Shown here one piece after another: positions 35,645-48,405 of a stretch of DNA of 64,000 nucleotides (position 1 is the stretch's first letter; each line of letters opens with the position of its first letter). The DNA comes from Tubulanus polymorphus. Taxonomy: Eukaryota > Animalia > Nemertea. The stretch lies in NCBI RefSeq assembly GCF_964204645.1, contig NC_134030.1, positions 16,678,110 through 16,742,109 on the forward strand. Direction: 5' to 3'. Under the pieces are notes generated by a model. The model was not told the origin of the DNA, did no database searches, and worked only from the letters and a program-made list of their open reading frames with translations. A program made the translations under genes and the position numbers.

Positions 35645-38600
35645 TTATCTAGAGTTATACATATAGACGTTCAATTTATGAATTTCATTTTTTTCAACAC
35701 ATTTTTTATCCTGTTCGCGTCGGTAGAAATTCTCTTTGCATTTCTCGCAGTTAGCACCGTTAGTGTTATCTTGACAGTTTACGCAGTGACCGCCGCGTCC
35801 GGTTCGCTGGAATAGGTCTTCGTCGAAGTAACACTGGTGTGACAACCCATTACAATTGCAAGCTGAAGATATATAGAGTAATCGTTGCGGGACACAGACT
35901 ACTAGACGAGCAGATGACGGATGAAAAGTTTTACACAAAAGTCCACTTGGGGTATTGCTAGAAAATATGTTTTACATCAGAAGATGACCAGACGTGTATC
36001 AAGCCCGTGTCTAAATCACTAAATTCATTAAGGAGAGTATGTTTGCCTCAAATTCCAATCGATGTTTTAGACAGTGACAATATGTACGCACGCAAGGGTA
36101 GGTGTATTAACGACTGACTGGTCTTTCTCCGCTTTCAAAAACACAAAATGCATTTGTAGGCAACTATCTGTCATTAAATAATACAAAGCTTAAACATGTC
36201 AAAGATGTTTTCAGATCAAAGGACGAGCTCCACTCGTCCTCACGCCCTTCCATCTGAAAACGTAATTATAAACTTACTCTTATATCTATGCGAAAAATAG
36301 TAAAATAATCAAACTTTTTGATAAAATAAGTGTTAATAGAATGAAAAAGATTTGAAAAATGAAGAGTGTGAGAATAATAATAATGTTAGATTTTTACTTA
36401 AAACATAGAAAAATGATGAAATAATTAAGTTTTTCACTGAAAGTAACGAGTAACTAACGAGTTGTTAAAACTAGATTTTAACAACTCGTAGAGACTAGGT
36501 AAGTCAAGTGAAAAAATAGAATACAAAAAATAGTTAGTGTTTAAGCAAAAAAATAAAATAATTCAGATTTTAAAATGTAGACAAGCAACCTATCGGCTGA
36601 TACAGCTCCGCTGTTTTATGACAAGATTTTACAAGGACCACCTACACAGCACTCTCAAGAGTTCAAATCCAGAAAACGGCTCTATAACTTTTTAGCCCTT
36701 GGCCCATAGTATCTACAAATAAAGCTTTGTCAAAATCAGATAATGATTGTAGGACTAGTAGCAATTTAAATATTTTCACAAGTTTGACCTCTACAGCGCC
36801 CCCTAGATTTCAGATTGGTTGAAATGGCTCGGCAACATTTAGCCCAAGCTCAAAAATATTGACATACCAAATTTCGTCACGATTGGATCATAATTGTAGG
36901 ACAAGTAGTGATTTAAAGATTTTACGAGCGCCACCCGTACTGCACCCGCTAGAGATCAAATTGGGAAAACGGCTCTATAACCTTCTAGCCCTTGGTCCAT
37001 AGTATCTACATACCAAGTTTCATCAAAATCAGAATAGAAGTGTAGCACTAGTAGCAAATTGAAGCAAAAGTTGACGGATGGACGGACAGACGGACAGACG
37101 ACGACGGATAATCCCCCTAACCCATCAGCTTCGGTCACAGGGGAGCTAAAAATCTAAAAATTCAATTTAATAAAGATTTTGCTATATAAATGAAAGAAGA
37201 AACTGAATTCATAACTGAAATAAAAGAAACTAATTATTTTTTTTTAACTATTTAACATAAAGAATTATATCTCGGCAAGCAATTTTGTATTGAAGACAAT
37301 ATTGTCTTCCAAAATTATTTTATTTTTTCAATTAAACCCCTAAAACTATTTTACTATATTTCATGTTAAAAAACAAAATTATTTTACTCATTTCTATTTA
37401 CTTTTTTTTACTCATATTTTACTCACATTTTATATATTTTAAAATCTAAATTATTTTACTCACACTTAACAAACACTTTTCAATGTTTTTATTAAAAATC
37501 CACATTTAACGACTCGTTAATTACTCGTTACTTTTAGGGAAACATTTAATTATTTTATCATTTTTCTATGTTTTCAGCAAAAATCTAAAATTATTTTACT
37601 AACACGTTACTCACAACTTTTATTTTTCTAAATTTAATTATTATATTAACACTTTTTTATCTAAAAGTTTAATTATTTTACGGATAAATATTAGAGTAAG
37701 TGTATAATCACGTTTTCCTTTGATCTGAAAACGCAATTATACACTTACTCAGGTATTGATTGGGTACAGGTATTTCATAAAGCGTCGTGGAAGGAATACG
37801 CACTAATAATCGAATATCATAATAATTGTTCTATCGGGTGAAAAGGTACTGAAAATTGGTGAAAGTGATAACATAATTTGAAAAAGGATGTACTAATTTT
37901 AAGAGACAAGTTACCTTGGATTTAAACTGTTCATCAAGACTCCCGGACACAAACATAAGGCTTCAGGAGGGAAGACCGAACTTACTTGAAAAACTATCAC
38001 TGGAATCATACTCACGTTGGCATTCATTAGCTGAAGCCGCAGTGGCCCTCGCCCATGGCCGATCGTTATAAAATGGTTGACATTCTTTGCAATCGGGACC
38101 TTGAGTATTGTGTTCACATCTACACATTAACCGCGTAGCCTGACCTTGACCTGTGCTCTCTACGCACTCACTTGAATGACCATTACATTTACACCTGATA
38201 GAGTACATCATAAACCTGTATTAGAATGTCATAATTTATCCGTTTAGAAAATGTGTAAGAGTGGAAGTGAAAATTTTCAGAATATCAAAGGCCAAAGCCT
38301 GAGGTTTACAAGGAAATAAGTGGATACCGGTATTCATTCTTCGCATTACACCCTGTACATAGTACAATATCTGTTTTCTAGGAGATATTTGGGCCGAAAT
38401 ATGAATGCATAACAAATTGGAAATAAAAGAAGAAATAAAACCTCGATAAAGTGTATCGTACAGTTAATGACAAGCGACACCTACATATCAGGGTTATCAT
38501 TGTAAAAGACTCTCTACACACCAGTCATGTGACGACTCAGGAATAAAGGTATAGTGGGAAGGTACACTAATGTTTAAGCAAGAACTTGCTTGGATTTGTG

Positions 38601-41600
38601 TGAAGAATTAATTTGTGGAGAAATATCAACGGGTGAACAAACCTTTAAATGCTGTTTTGAACTTCTCTCACTAGAGCTCTAAAAAAAGCTCTACTTAAAG
38701 CTCGTACTACGCATTTTAGAAATAACAACCTTAGAACTCCTACGTTGGCTACCAACAAACAGCCTATCATTGTTCCGTATGTACCTTTCCTCGAGAATTC
38801 TCAAGTTTCTCTTCGGTCACTAAATAAACAACTTATCTTGAAATACAATAATAAACTTAGTAACATATTGATTAATAACAAACCGAAAACCGAATCCCTA
38901 AACTGTGGAATTTATAAAATACCTTGTAAAGTTTGCGACAAAGTATATATAGGAGAAACAGGTCGGAATCTTAATCAACGCATAAAAGAGCATAAATTAG
39001 ATGTAAAAAACTTTAAACCTGAAAGCGGAGTTGCTAGTCATGATTTTCAGACTTCACACAATTTTGATTTTGCTAATGCTGAATTAATTTACCCTTGCAG
39101 CGATAAAACTAGAAGACATATTTTGGAATCTGCATTAATTATTGAAAATTCGAACAACGTTGTAAACCTTAACAATGGTTTTTCACCCCATAATAAACTT
39201 ATATCAAAATTCCTCTGTAAACTGGTTAAACTCAACACTTGATTTCCCCTTTGATTATTTGTTATTTGTTCTCTCATCAATTTCGTCTCTGACTTAACTT
39301 GTATTCACCTTTGTTTTAATTTAAGTGCCCCCTAGTTTGTCTTTCTTTTTACTACTGACTTTAAGTTTCATTTATATTTATACTCACTATTGTTGTTTAT
39401 AATTACCCCTTAGTTTGCTTCCCTTTAATCTATTTTAGCGTGTAACTGTTTCTACGTTAATTTTCCTTTAGTTTGTATCATCTCTGATTACTTGAATTAG
39501 TCTCTTTGTCTCTGGATTGTATATATATCTCATAATTTCTGTAGTATCTCATTATTCCTGAAGATGATTATTAGGATATAGTCGAAACGTTGAAATAAAC
39601 TACTATCTCGAAGTTTCATTTTCGGACTTTTTATTATCATTGTGGGATTCTCTCCTCATCGCGTCAACACGGATATAGTGTTCTACCAATCGTGATTGGC
39701 TCTTAATACTGCAGCCGAACTTCAGCTCCAGATTTATATCGGTACAACTTATAATTATCACCCTAAACTCATTTTGAATTATTGTCACTAGGACAATACT
39801 GAAATTGAAATTCAAATTATAATTTGCTTTTCCAATCTAGAATTTTAAACTCGAGAAATCAACATTTAAATTGATGCAAAACGGCAGCGGACTAAACCGC
39901 TATCTGAACTCCAACCATAACTCATTACATCCGAGTACCTTGTATTTACAATGTACATAATACCTGTACGAGATAATTTCACGAGCTCCATACCCTACAT
40001 GGAATGTATAGTTGAATTGTCCATGTTATTATGCACTAATATGTGTACGATAAACTACTTTAGTTAAAGAAGAACTTACCTTCCTCCTATTGAAATATCC
40101 GAAATACCGTAGTAATAGGACTTTAAAACGTTTGTATCACCAAATGCTTCGTCACCAAACGTATTCAATCTTTTTAAAGCAATCATTATCTCAGTAGCTG
40201 TCACCCAGTCCTACTTGAAAACATTTCAATCATTAAACAAGAGGCCCACGGGACTTATACCTTAATGACGCAGTAGTAGAAGAATGATTTGGTAACGTAT
40301 TCAAAGTTTTACAGAAAGGTATTACATTAATGTAACAAGTTTTAAGATTGTTAAGATGGTATAGGCAATGTGGCGATAATGTTTAATTCTATCAATATAT
40401 CCTTACATGAAAAGACAAGCCCATTTTAGCTGCCCCATTTTAGCTGCATCACACATGAAAAAATGCATAAAGAATGTTAGGCATCACGCTTAAAAGAAAT
40501 CTTAGATGGATGGCAACCCCGGTGGCCATACTTGGCCGCGATTTTCATTAAGGGTTAGTCATTTCACCCACCAAAATTCTTAAACTAAGTATAATGAACA
40601 TGCATCAAGAATTGCTTTCCATTTCGTGCTAGAAATTCAAGATGGCTGCCCTGGTGGCCATATTTGAAAGCTTATGACCTCCATATACAGTAGGCATGGA
40701 CAGCTTATACCTACGCTGATCCTCACACCAAATTTTGCGAAAATCCATCGAGAATTGCTGGCTGCGCCGTGCAAACAAGAAATTCAAGATGGCCACCCCA
40801 ATGGCAGCCATATTTGATCACCAAAGACCTTTTTTACAATAGGGGTGGACAACTAACAGAGTAGGCTTACTAATCTTCAAGCTCATTTTCAAAAAAGATT
40901 CATCGCAAATTTAAGGCGAATTGCGGTATCGAATTCATACACATCTGACAGGCTTAGGCCTATGCAATGTGAGTCAATCAAGATTCGACTTTTAAAGGGC
41001 AAATGCCATCAAAATTGTACTTTCCGCGATTTCTTAACCAGAAGAAACTTTAGTGTAACTATAACGACCTGAGTCAGATGTGACTTATTGAAAAAAGGAG
41101 CACGAATTAGCGGTAATAGTTAGCGGAAAAGTCATCTATTTATCCTTCACCCCGTGCGTAAAGTTCACGTTTATCCCGCGGGTGGCGCTATTTATGACGT
41201 TAACTATGACAATCAACACAAGTACGTGTGCGCGCTAGTACTAAAATTCAAACCAGTTCCATATTTGATATTTGTGAATACATCACATTTGAAAATGAAT
41301 TTTACACAATATTCTATTTTGATGACATATGCTCTTTAAATAAACCAGCACATATGTCTATTCAAATCACATGTAATTCAAAAATCCAGTGCTTCTTAGT
41401 TTGTTGTCCCTGTTTCATCGCGCACGTAGTTTCTATCATTGTTTACATCGAACGTCTTCAATAGCTGATACTACTGCATCCGCGCATGTCAAACATCTTA
41501 CGTAATTGATTCATATATACTAAAATGCTCACATGAAAAAACAACTGCGGTGAATCTATCCAGAATTTTTCAGCAGAATTTCAGACACTAGGTTTGATGT

Positions 41601-44600
41601 GAGCGGAAACCTGATGTGACCCTCTTTAAAGGTTGATTTACTGTATGTCATTAACAATCAGGTTTATAATACTTTATTCATAACTTTGAAGCGGCGTGCC
41701 GGCAGTGAACGCTCCAAGCAAGGTCAGTCACGTAGGCCAACGGTAACATGAAACAGACCACGGTTTTCCCATCTCTCCATATAGGGGATATAATGGACCA
41801 TTTGTTGACACTAACCTCTAATAAACTTCGTATGGATACAATCGAGATAATTTCACCCTCTATAATTCCACTATTCAACGATCGACGCGCAGCTTTAAAA
41901 CGTGGCGCCGCCATTCACTACGCTATTCGAAATGTAATTGAATAGCAAGTGTTGACTTGAGCAACGATCGGAATCTATCAATTTGATTAGGAAAATAACA
42001 GCACTATAGTTCAAAAAGTAGGTAAACCTCCTCCGACTGTTTAATCATTTAAAAGCTTTGCCCTCATATTGAACTATTTCCGCCTTATCACAGGTGCAAT
42101 TTGCCGCCGTGATACACCTATTTTACGATAGAAACTTCCCCACGGTCTTATTATCGACATTTCCTAATAATTTAGGGAAATATTTTTAAAAAGCGAAATT
42201 TCACACTGCATTAATAAGATTATAGTATTTATTCGTTTGACAAATCTTCACCTTAACTCCCACCAACAAGTTATTAGTGGTGACACGAAAATGACGTCAT
42301 CGTATCACTGCCATCTTATAACCTTCATAACATACAACTTCTATGCAAGATACTGTAAAAACCTGTACAGATAAGTTAGGTATAGATCTTAGTTCATCAA
42401 AGAGTCTATCTACACTAATGGGAGCATAAGTGTTTAGGTTCGGAGATGCAAGAGGACAGTCACTGAAGGCACCAAAGACCTTACTAACCTGCAATGGTTG
42501 ACTACTCTCGAAGTTATAAGCACTAGGCCGTCCTTTCAGGACACTGAACACGACGTAACCACCGGTTAAAGGAACTATGTCGCTGTAATCATCTGAACAA
42601 ACGGCTATTTTCTCGTCATCGTATGTGACCTGCCCATCAGTTGGGAGTTTATAAGTTTCCTGGCATGAACCACTAAAGTACTGATATGGCTCCCAATCAC
42701 TTCCCTTCGTCGTGCGTTTATAAATGGCGAAACTTTCTGGTCTCGGAGAATGAAAATGTATCCGTACGTACGTGATATCATACGATTTACCTATAAAAAG
42801 AAATCATATCGCATATCTACCGATTAGAATAAATTCAGGACAAATTGGAGCTTAACTTCGTCCGTTTAGTTTGACAAGAAATAGTGAAATTCATATCACT
42901 GCGTTCAAGTACGTTTGAAAATATGTATCCACACGATAGTTTTGTGGGGAGCAGGGTGGGGGATGCGGACTAAAGATGACGTTAGAACACATGAATCTGT
43001 CGTATTTAGATTTTCTATGCTGAAATCTGATACTAGTAATACAGTTGTGTGAATGCCAATTCTTGTATGTGCATATATAAGGTGACCACCATTTTTTAGT
43101 ATGAGCATTGTCATTGTAGTGATGGGCTTATGGAGCTATATTTGATTTTAGAAATGAATAATCACGTCACTTATTTTGTTGCTGTAGACCCTGATAAAGT
43201 TGTCGTTCATAATTTCTCCGTGATTGAGAGCCTACTCACAACCCTTATGCCCAGTGTAACACTGTGGCGGCATGGAATAAATTATAGTACGATCATGTAG
43301 CCTAAATATACAAATTATTGCAATTGACATTTTTAGAACGATTTCGCCGGACAAACTTGTTAACCCCCATCTGGCTAATCAAACTATGATAATTTTTACT
43401 GCGCTCGAATAGCAAAACAAAATCAGCGGGTGCTACAGAATGAACCGGGTTATCAATGAGGCGGATATTTTGACTCAGCGTAGCAAATCATATGAGCAAA
43501 ATAGCAGTATCATATTCCGACTTTTTTGTATCACTCGTCAATTGAGAAAACTTAATAGAAGGCGTTAGTTTCCAAAGTATTTGGGATATGTTGAACCTAA
43601 GGCCAATGGCTGAACTTTCTAATGACAAAACTTTAAATTTCGACCCGTTCCTGAGGTATGCTAATAGACAAGAGTTTTGTTGCCTTGTTCTGTAACTAGG
43701 TGGGGTGCGCTGGGTCCATCATTTAGTCTTGTTGCCTTGACAACTTTTTGAATTTCTAACCCGTTCCTCAGTTATTAGGCCAACTATAAGGTTGTGTCAC
43801 CTAGAACACTAGTTTTTAGTGGTGCCTTTTTCTCCAGCTCGGTAACGCATCGGGCCCATTCTCTGCACTGCACAACGATACCCCATATGACATTGTTCCC
43901 AAGTTTCATGGAGATCGACCGTTAGTTCCCAAAGGATTTGGGATATGTTGAACTTAAGGCCAATATTTCAACTTTCTAATGACAAAATTTAAATTTCGAC
44001 CCGTTCCTGAGGTATGCTAGTAGACAAGAGTTTTGTTGCCTTGTTCTGTAACTAGGTGGGGTGTGCTGGGTCCATCATTTAGTCTTGTTGCCTTGTTCTG
44101 CCACTAGTTAGTGCGCTGGGTCCATCATTTGCTCTACATAACTGGATCCCCATACTAACATGGTACCCAAGTTTTATCAAGATCGATTCACTTTTAACAT
44201 ACACACGAAAACCAATCAAAATTAAGCCAATTCGTCTTCCTAAGCAGAACATGATTATGGTACTAGTTCTAGAGACTCCTGAAACAGCCTGTGTTTAGGC
44301 CACCATCCATAAGGTCAGTAGTTTCAATCAAGCGGCGGATAGCTAAACACAACATGTAGCCGAACCAAATCCTGTAAAAGAAGTCTAGCCATCAAAGGCT
44401 CTTACTTGTACTCACCAAGGTTTAGCGTCAAATTAACACTTTCGGCGTACTGTATTTTTTCGTACATTGTCTGCGATTGCCACCAGGTCACGTTATTGTC
44501 GTCTGCAAAATCGGTGAGAAATAGGGGTGAGTGCATATGCGCTGGGTCGCTGGCGTCGCAGTACGTGCATGATGGTTTCGCGCCCGTCATGCCCGTCAGT

Positions 44601-44878
44601 GGACAGTATCGAATCGGTGGGTTACCGCACGTGTTCGTCGCGTGAACTGGTAAGTTGAATGCGGCGTTCACGAACTCGGGCATGCAGCGCTTCGCCTTGC
44701 CCTGCTGATCATAACACGAGTTTGGCCGCTGGTGACTGCTACTTCTTCTGTTTTCCAGCGTGTTTAATTCACAATGTACGCTGATTACTTCGATAAGAGC
44801 AACGATTGCGATAAATAATGTTTTACGGCTTACGGGAGATAGGGGGGTCGCCGCCACCGATAAATGTCTGTTCGCCAT
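35645..44878 (-). CDS. LAMC1: Laminin subunit gamma-1-like gene, exons 1-5 only, broken within exon 5
   Basis: Exons 44878-44416, 42790-42489, 40210-40080, 38194-38016 and 35862-~35693 join in frame: signal peptide, [12 protein letters not shown]...TWWQSQTM...[17 protein letters not shown]...[11 protein letters not shown]...RLNTFGDE (LN domain), then two LE repeats. Confidence 0.92.
36207..37750. mobile_element. AT-rich foldback element with long inverted arms
   Basis: gttttcagatcaaagga / tcctttgatctgaaaac; aacgagtaactaacgagt / actcgttaattactcgtt. Confidence 0.7.
36580..37152 (+). mobile_element. Helentron/HINE-like non-autonomous repeat nested in the foldback
   Basis: acaag start, (GACG/GACA)n tract, terminal ...ggggagctaaaaa. 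Confidence 0.6.
38745..39242 (+). pseudogene. GIY-YIG endonuclease domain of a Penelope-like element (RT missing)
   Basis: [29 protein letters not shown]...RHILESALI. Confidence 0.9.
39552..39598 (+). ncRNA. Minimal type I hammerhead ribozyme motif in the Penelope pLTR
   Basis: ttattc-CTGAAGA-t-gatta(ttaggata)tagtc-GAAAC-GTT-gaaataa. Confidence 0.6.
43550..44100. repeat. ~190-bp direct duplication (43563.. and 43920..) within an intronic repeat element
   Basis: gttagtt.ccaaag.atttgggatatgttgaac...gacccgttcctgaggtatgcta...cttgttctgtaactaggtgggg twice. Confidence 0.85.
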
Positions 44879-46454
44879 ACCCTCACGATTTTATCGGGCT
44901 GATTAACTCTTACCAGCACTGCAATCGCTACGCTAAATGGGATTCCGTAATGGTTCGGTCTAGTTCGAATAAACAAGTGTTCCTCCAATTAGATAGTTAT
45001 CTTTCCAATTGGCCAATTTACCTCGTACATATCAGCTCATCAAGTTCTATGAAAATTTTAGGAAAGAGACTCCTATGCGCGAAAAAACCGTGGGAAATTA
45101 CTAATTTTGGAAAATAGCGGGGTTGGATCGAGGGGAGTTAAAACCTGTTCAAGTCCATAAAATTCTGAGTGTCCTCTTCCGTTTGGAGTATTTCAGTGGA
45201 ACCAATACTGCTTTTTGGAATTGAATGTCCTCTTTGGTTGAACCAGGTTTTTCCTGAATCTGCCCTTTGAATACATTTCAATGCCGTAAGGAGATTTGTT
45301 CAATTACTTAATTTTGAATAGAAATTAGAAAACAATACAGAATAGCTTTGACATTTGTAGATCTTATCGATCTAATTAAATTGATCATTTCCAAAATATT
45401 TCCATATGCGTATATCATTTGCCGTTGCCACTCTCATTTTAAAATCATTCACAAGTTCGAATTTTCATAAAATATGCCTCTGTCAAAAATTGTCGTCTTG
45501 AAATTATGAAAACTTGAAATCTATTGATTGTCCGCTTCATTATTACCATTATTTATTAACGCTAGGCGTTCATAGCCCAGTCGTCTTAAGTCTAGGTATT
45601 TAGTTGATAATTTTATTTCTAAGTATATCGTTTACAGAGGAAAAAACTTGTTGAGATTCCTCTATTTGGAAAAGACAGTTTCGAAAAGGATTCCAGGACG
45701 GGACTACAATCAAATGCAACCAGTATGAACGGATACAAGTTGATGATTCAGGATGTTTCCATGCAATTCGGTTAGATTTGCAATTTGGCTTGACGGGCCT
45801 TTACTTATCTCGCATCGGTATGGTAAATGGAACTTTATGTTGAGTCAGGTTGTTATGTGCGATTTGGTAATTACAATTATCGATGTTATCATCACGAACA
45901 GTTGGCTACAAATATTGGCTACAGTAAACATTGGATGACCATGTAATTTCCGATTGTTTTCTAAATGGAACTTGCACAGCCGAAAAAAGTACAAAAAATA
46001 CAATCCAATTACCCAGCACAGATTCAAATACTGTACTGCGTCGCAGGGTTCGATATAACATGGATGTCGGTCGGCTACGCATTATATGTGACACTTTCAG
46101 TCGCAGCCGATTTCTTTCGACTAATATACACATGTTTATAAACATATAAAGACATAACGTGGCAGTTCGTGCCAGTACATGTGATGCCCTCCAATGTCAA
46201 CGATATACAAAAAACAACTATATCAACTACTATGTGCAGATATAGACTGTTTTTTTTTAATACAATTGTGCCTTTGTTACTCGAAAACTAATACATTGAA
46301 AATAAATGGTTTGCTTAGATACGTAAAGTATAGCAACCTTAAGTACAATCTTATTTGAGTCAGGTAAAATAGAGTAATTCTGTGAGGGTTATGCTTGCAA
46401 GTAATTAAGAAATGCATCGTATCAAGTCTGACGGTACACTAATAAAAAAACATG

Positions 46455-47793
46455 TGTTGAGAGATGATCTCTACTATTAATAGAATAGTACTGGCGCGAT
46501 ATTTTCCCGCGCTTTCTCTGTAACGTGCATGAAACCAGATGTTGACCTGATGTAAATAAAGTTTAGTTCACGAGTAGTTGTCAAAGAAAGAAGACGTGTT
46601 TTTTAGTTCCTTTCTTTGATCCTATGTCAGCAGACATAGATGGTGACTCGTCAGTTTTACCGTCATAGCAGACTCTAATTCAACAGGTTATGGGCCCAGG
46701 TTTCCTGGAAGATATGGGCGACTTATTTTCGACGGAGATGAGAGACGATACGAACAATGGGGGATTAAATTCCTCGGCTTGAAACTCCAAAAACTGGATA
46801 AAGTACTCACTGGGGATAACGAACCTACAGGAGACGACGATAGAGCCAATAATGATTTAGCGTACGCTGAGATGATTCAATTTTTGGATGATAAAAGCCT
46901 AGCACTAGTTATGCGAGATGCGGCAGACAACGGATGGAAAGCTTTGCGGAATTTAAGAAAACACTATCAAAATGAAGGCATGCCAAGAATTATTTCCTTA
47001 TATACTCAACTTACGTCGTTAGTTAAAAGTCAAAATGAATCGGTAACTGATTATATTATACGCGCAGAGACAGCTGCGACTGCATTGAAAAATGCGAAAC
47101 AGACAATAAGTCTTCTTATAGCAATGGCACTCAAAGGATTACCAGACGATTTCAAACCTTTCGTCGTAGTAATCACTCAAAAAGAAACAACGCAAACATT
47201 TGACTAAAAAATGCCCTCACAAGATATGAGGAGACGGAACGCGCTAGGAGTACGAAGTCAGACGACACAATAACGATAACTAAAAACTTTCCTGCCAGTA
47301 ACAGCAACGGTAGTCGGGACAGTACAAAGTGTTACAATTACGGTAAACACGGTCACTTCGCGCGAGATTGCGAGATGTCTACAAAACCAAAAATGTGGTG
47401 TATTGCCGTAAAAATTCGCATACCGATGCAACTTGCCGAAGACAAAAACGGAATAACGGTGATAAATTTAAAAGGGCGGAAGTCGTCGAGATGGAATACA
47501 ATACGGGTGATAATGAACATTCATTTTCATTCTTTTATAAAGCGGATTGTTTACAGAATACGTGTGCGATGGATAGTGTAAATTCTCTGTTAGTTGATTG
47601 TGGCGCGACCAGCCACATCGTCACGGATTTATCCAAGTTTACTAATTTCGATAAAACCTTTCAACCGGAGAACCATTTTAAAGAACTCGCGAATGGTGAA
47701 CGATCACCAAATGTTGCTCTGAAACGCGGGAGCGCCCAATTATCGATAATGGACAGTGACGGAAATCGTACAGAAACAGAACTGAAAAACGCC
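46455..47793 (+). mobile_element. Ty1/Copia retrotransposon 5' part: 231-bp LTR (46455-46685), PBS, gag-protease; truncated
   Basis: TGTTGA...TCAACA; PBS GGTTATGGGCCCAG (copia-type). Confidence 0.92.
46690..47793 (+). pseudogene. Copia gag (decayed CCHC knuckle) plus aspartic protease, frameshifted
   Basis: ESVTDYIIRAE; CYNYGKHGHFARDC; LLVDCGATSHI. Confidence 0.9.
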
Positions 47794-48200
47794 AGTAATA
47801 GGGGTAATGGGCTTTCAAGCCAAAGTTTGAACGGTCGAGCTCATTAAAAAACAAAACATTAAAAGTAATTTAAAACTATAATATATTTTCATAACCGTGT
47901 GTATTTTATATTATAACTAAATATTTATTCTAAGATATCAATAATTTAAATTTAAAAAGCATATTGTATTAAATCAATTGGTCGCTCCACTTCGCTACCG
48001 CTCCGCTTCGCGACCAATTGATTTATTTACAATACACAAATTCATATAAACAAATATATTTTAATAATAATAATTCTATTATTCAACTGAAATACACACG
48101 GTTATGAAAATATATTATAGTTTTAAATTACTTTTAATATTTGTTTTTAATGAACTCGACCATTCAACCTTTAACCTGAAAGCCCATTACCCCTATTACT
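47794..48200. repeat. 407-bp terminal palindrome/hairpin
   Basis: Arms AGTAATAGGGGTAATGGGCTTTCA...ttttcataaccgtgtgtattt / aaatacacacggttatgaaaa...TGAAAGCCCATTACCCCTATTACT; apex aatcaattggtcgc...gcgaccaattgatt with CTTCGC repeats. Confidence 0.92.
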
Positions 48201-48405
48201 CTTAAAATAATCATATACATGAATAACATTTAAATTGACAGATTATTCAATATAAAAGTATATATTTACAACATTATTTCAATATTCATATTTGTGTGAG
48301 TTAGATTTTTTAACATAAAAAGTGTTAGTAAAGTGTGATTAAAATAATGCATATATAAATCATTGAACTTCTAAAATCAATTTTAATAAAAAATTTAGTA
48401 TTAAA

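Larger units (their letters stand above)
38640..39600 (+). mobile_element. 5'-truncated Penelope-like retroelement
   Basis: GIY-YIG ORF followed by a pLTR with a hammerhead core. Confidence 0.85.

Noticed and set aside
40990-41632. Kolobok-like element with TTAA ends
   Set aside because: Only a few terminal bases match; insufficient support
44402-44878. Netrin
   Set aside because: Motifs ([36 protein letters not shown]) match laminin gamma-1, and no NTR domain is present
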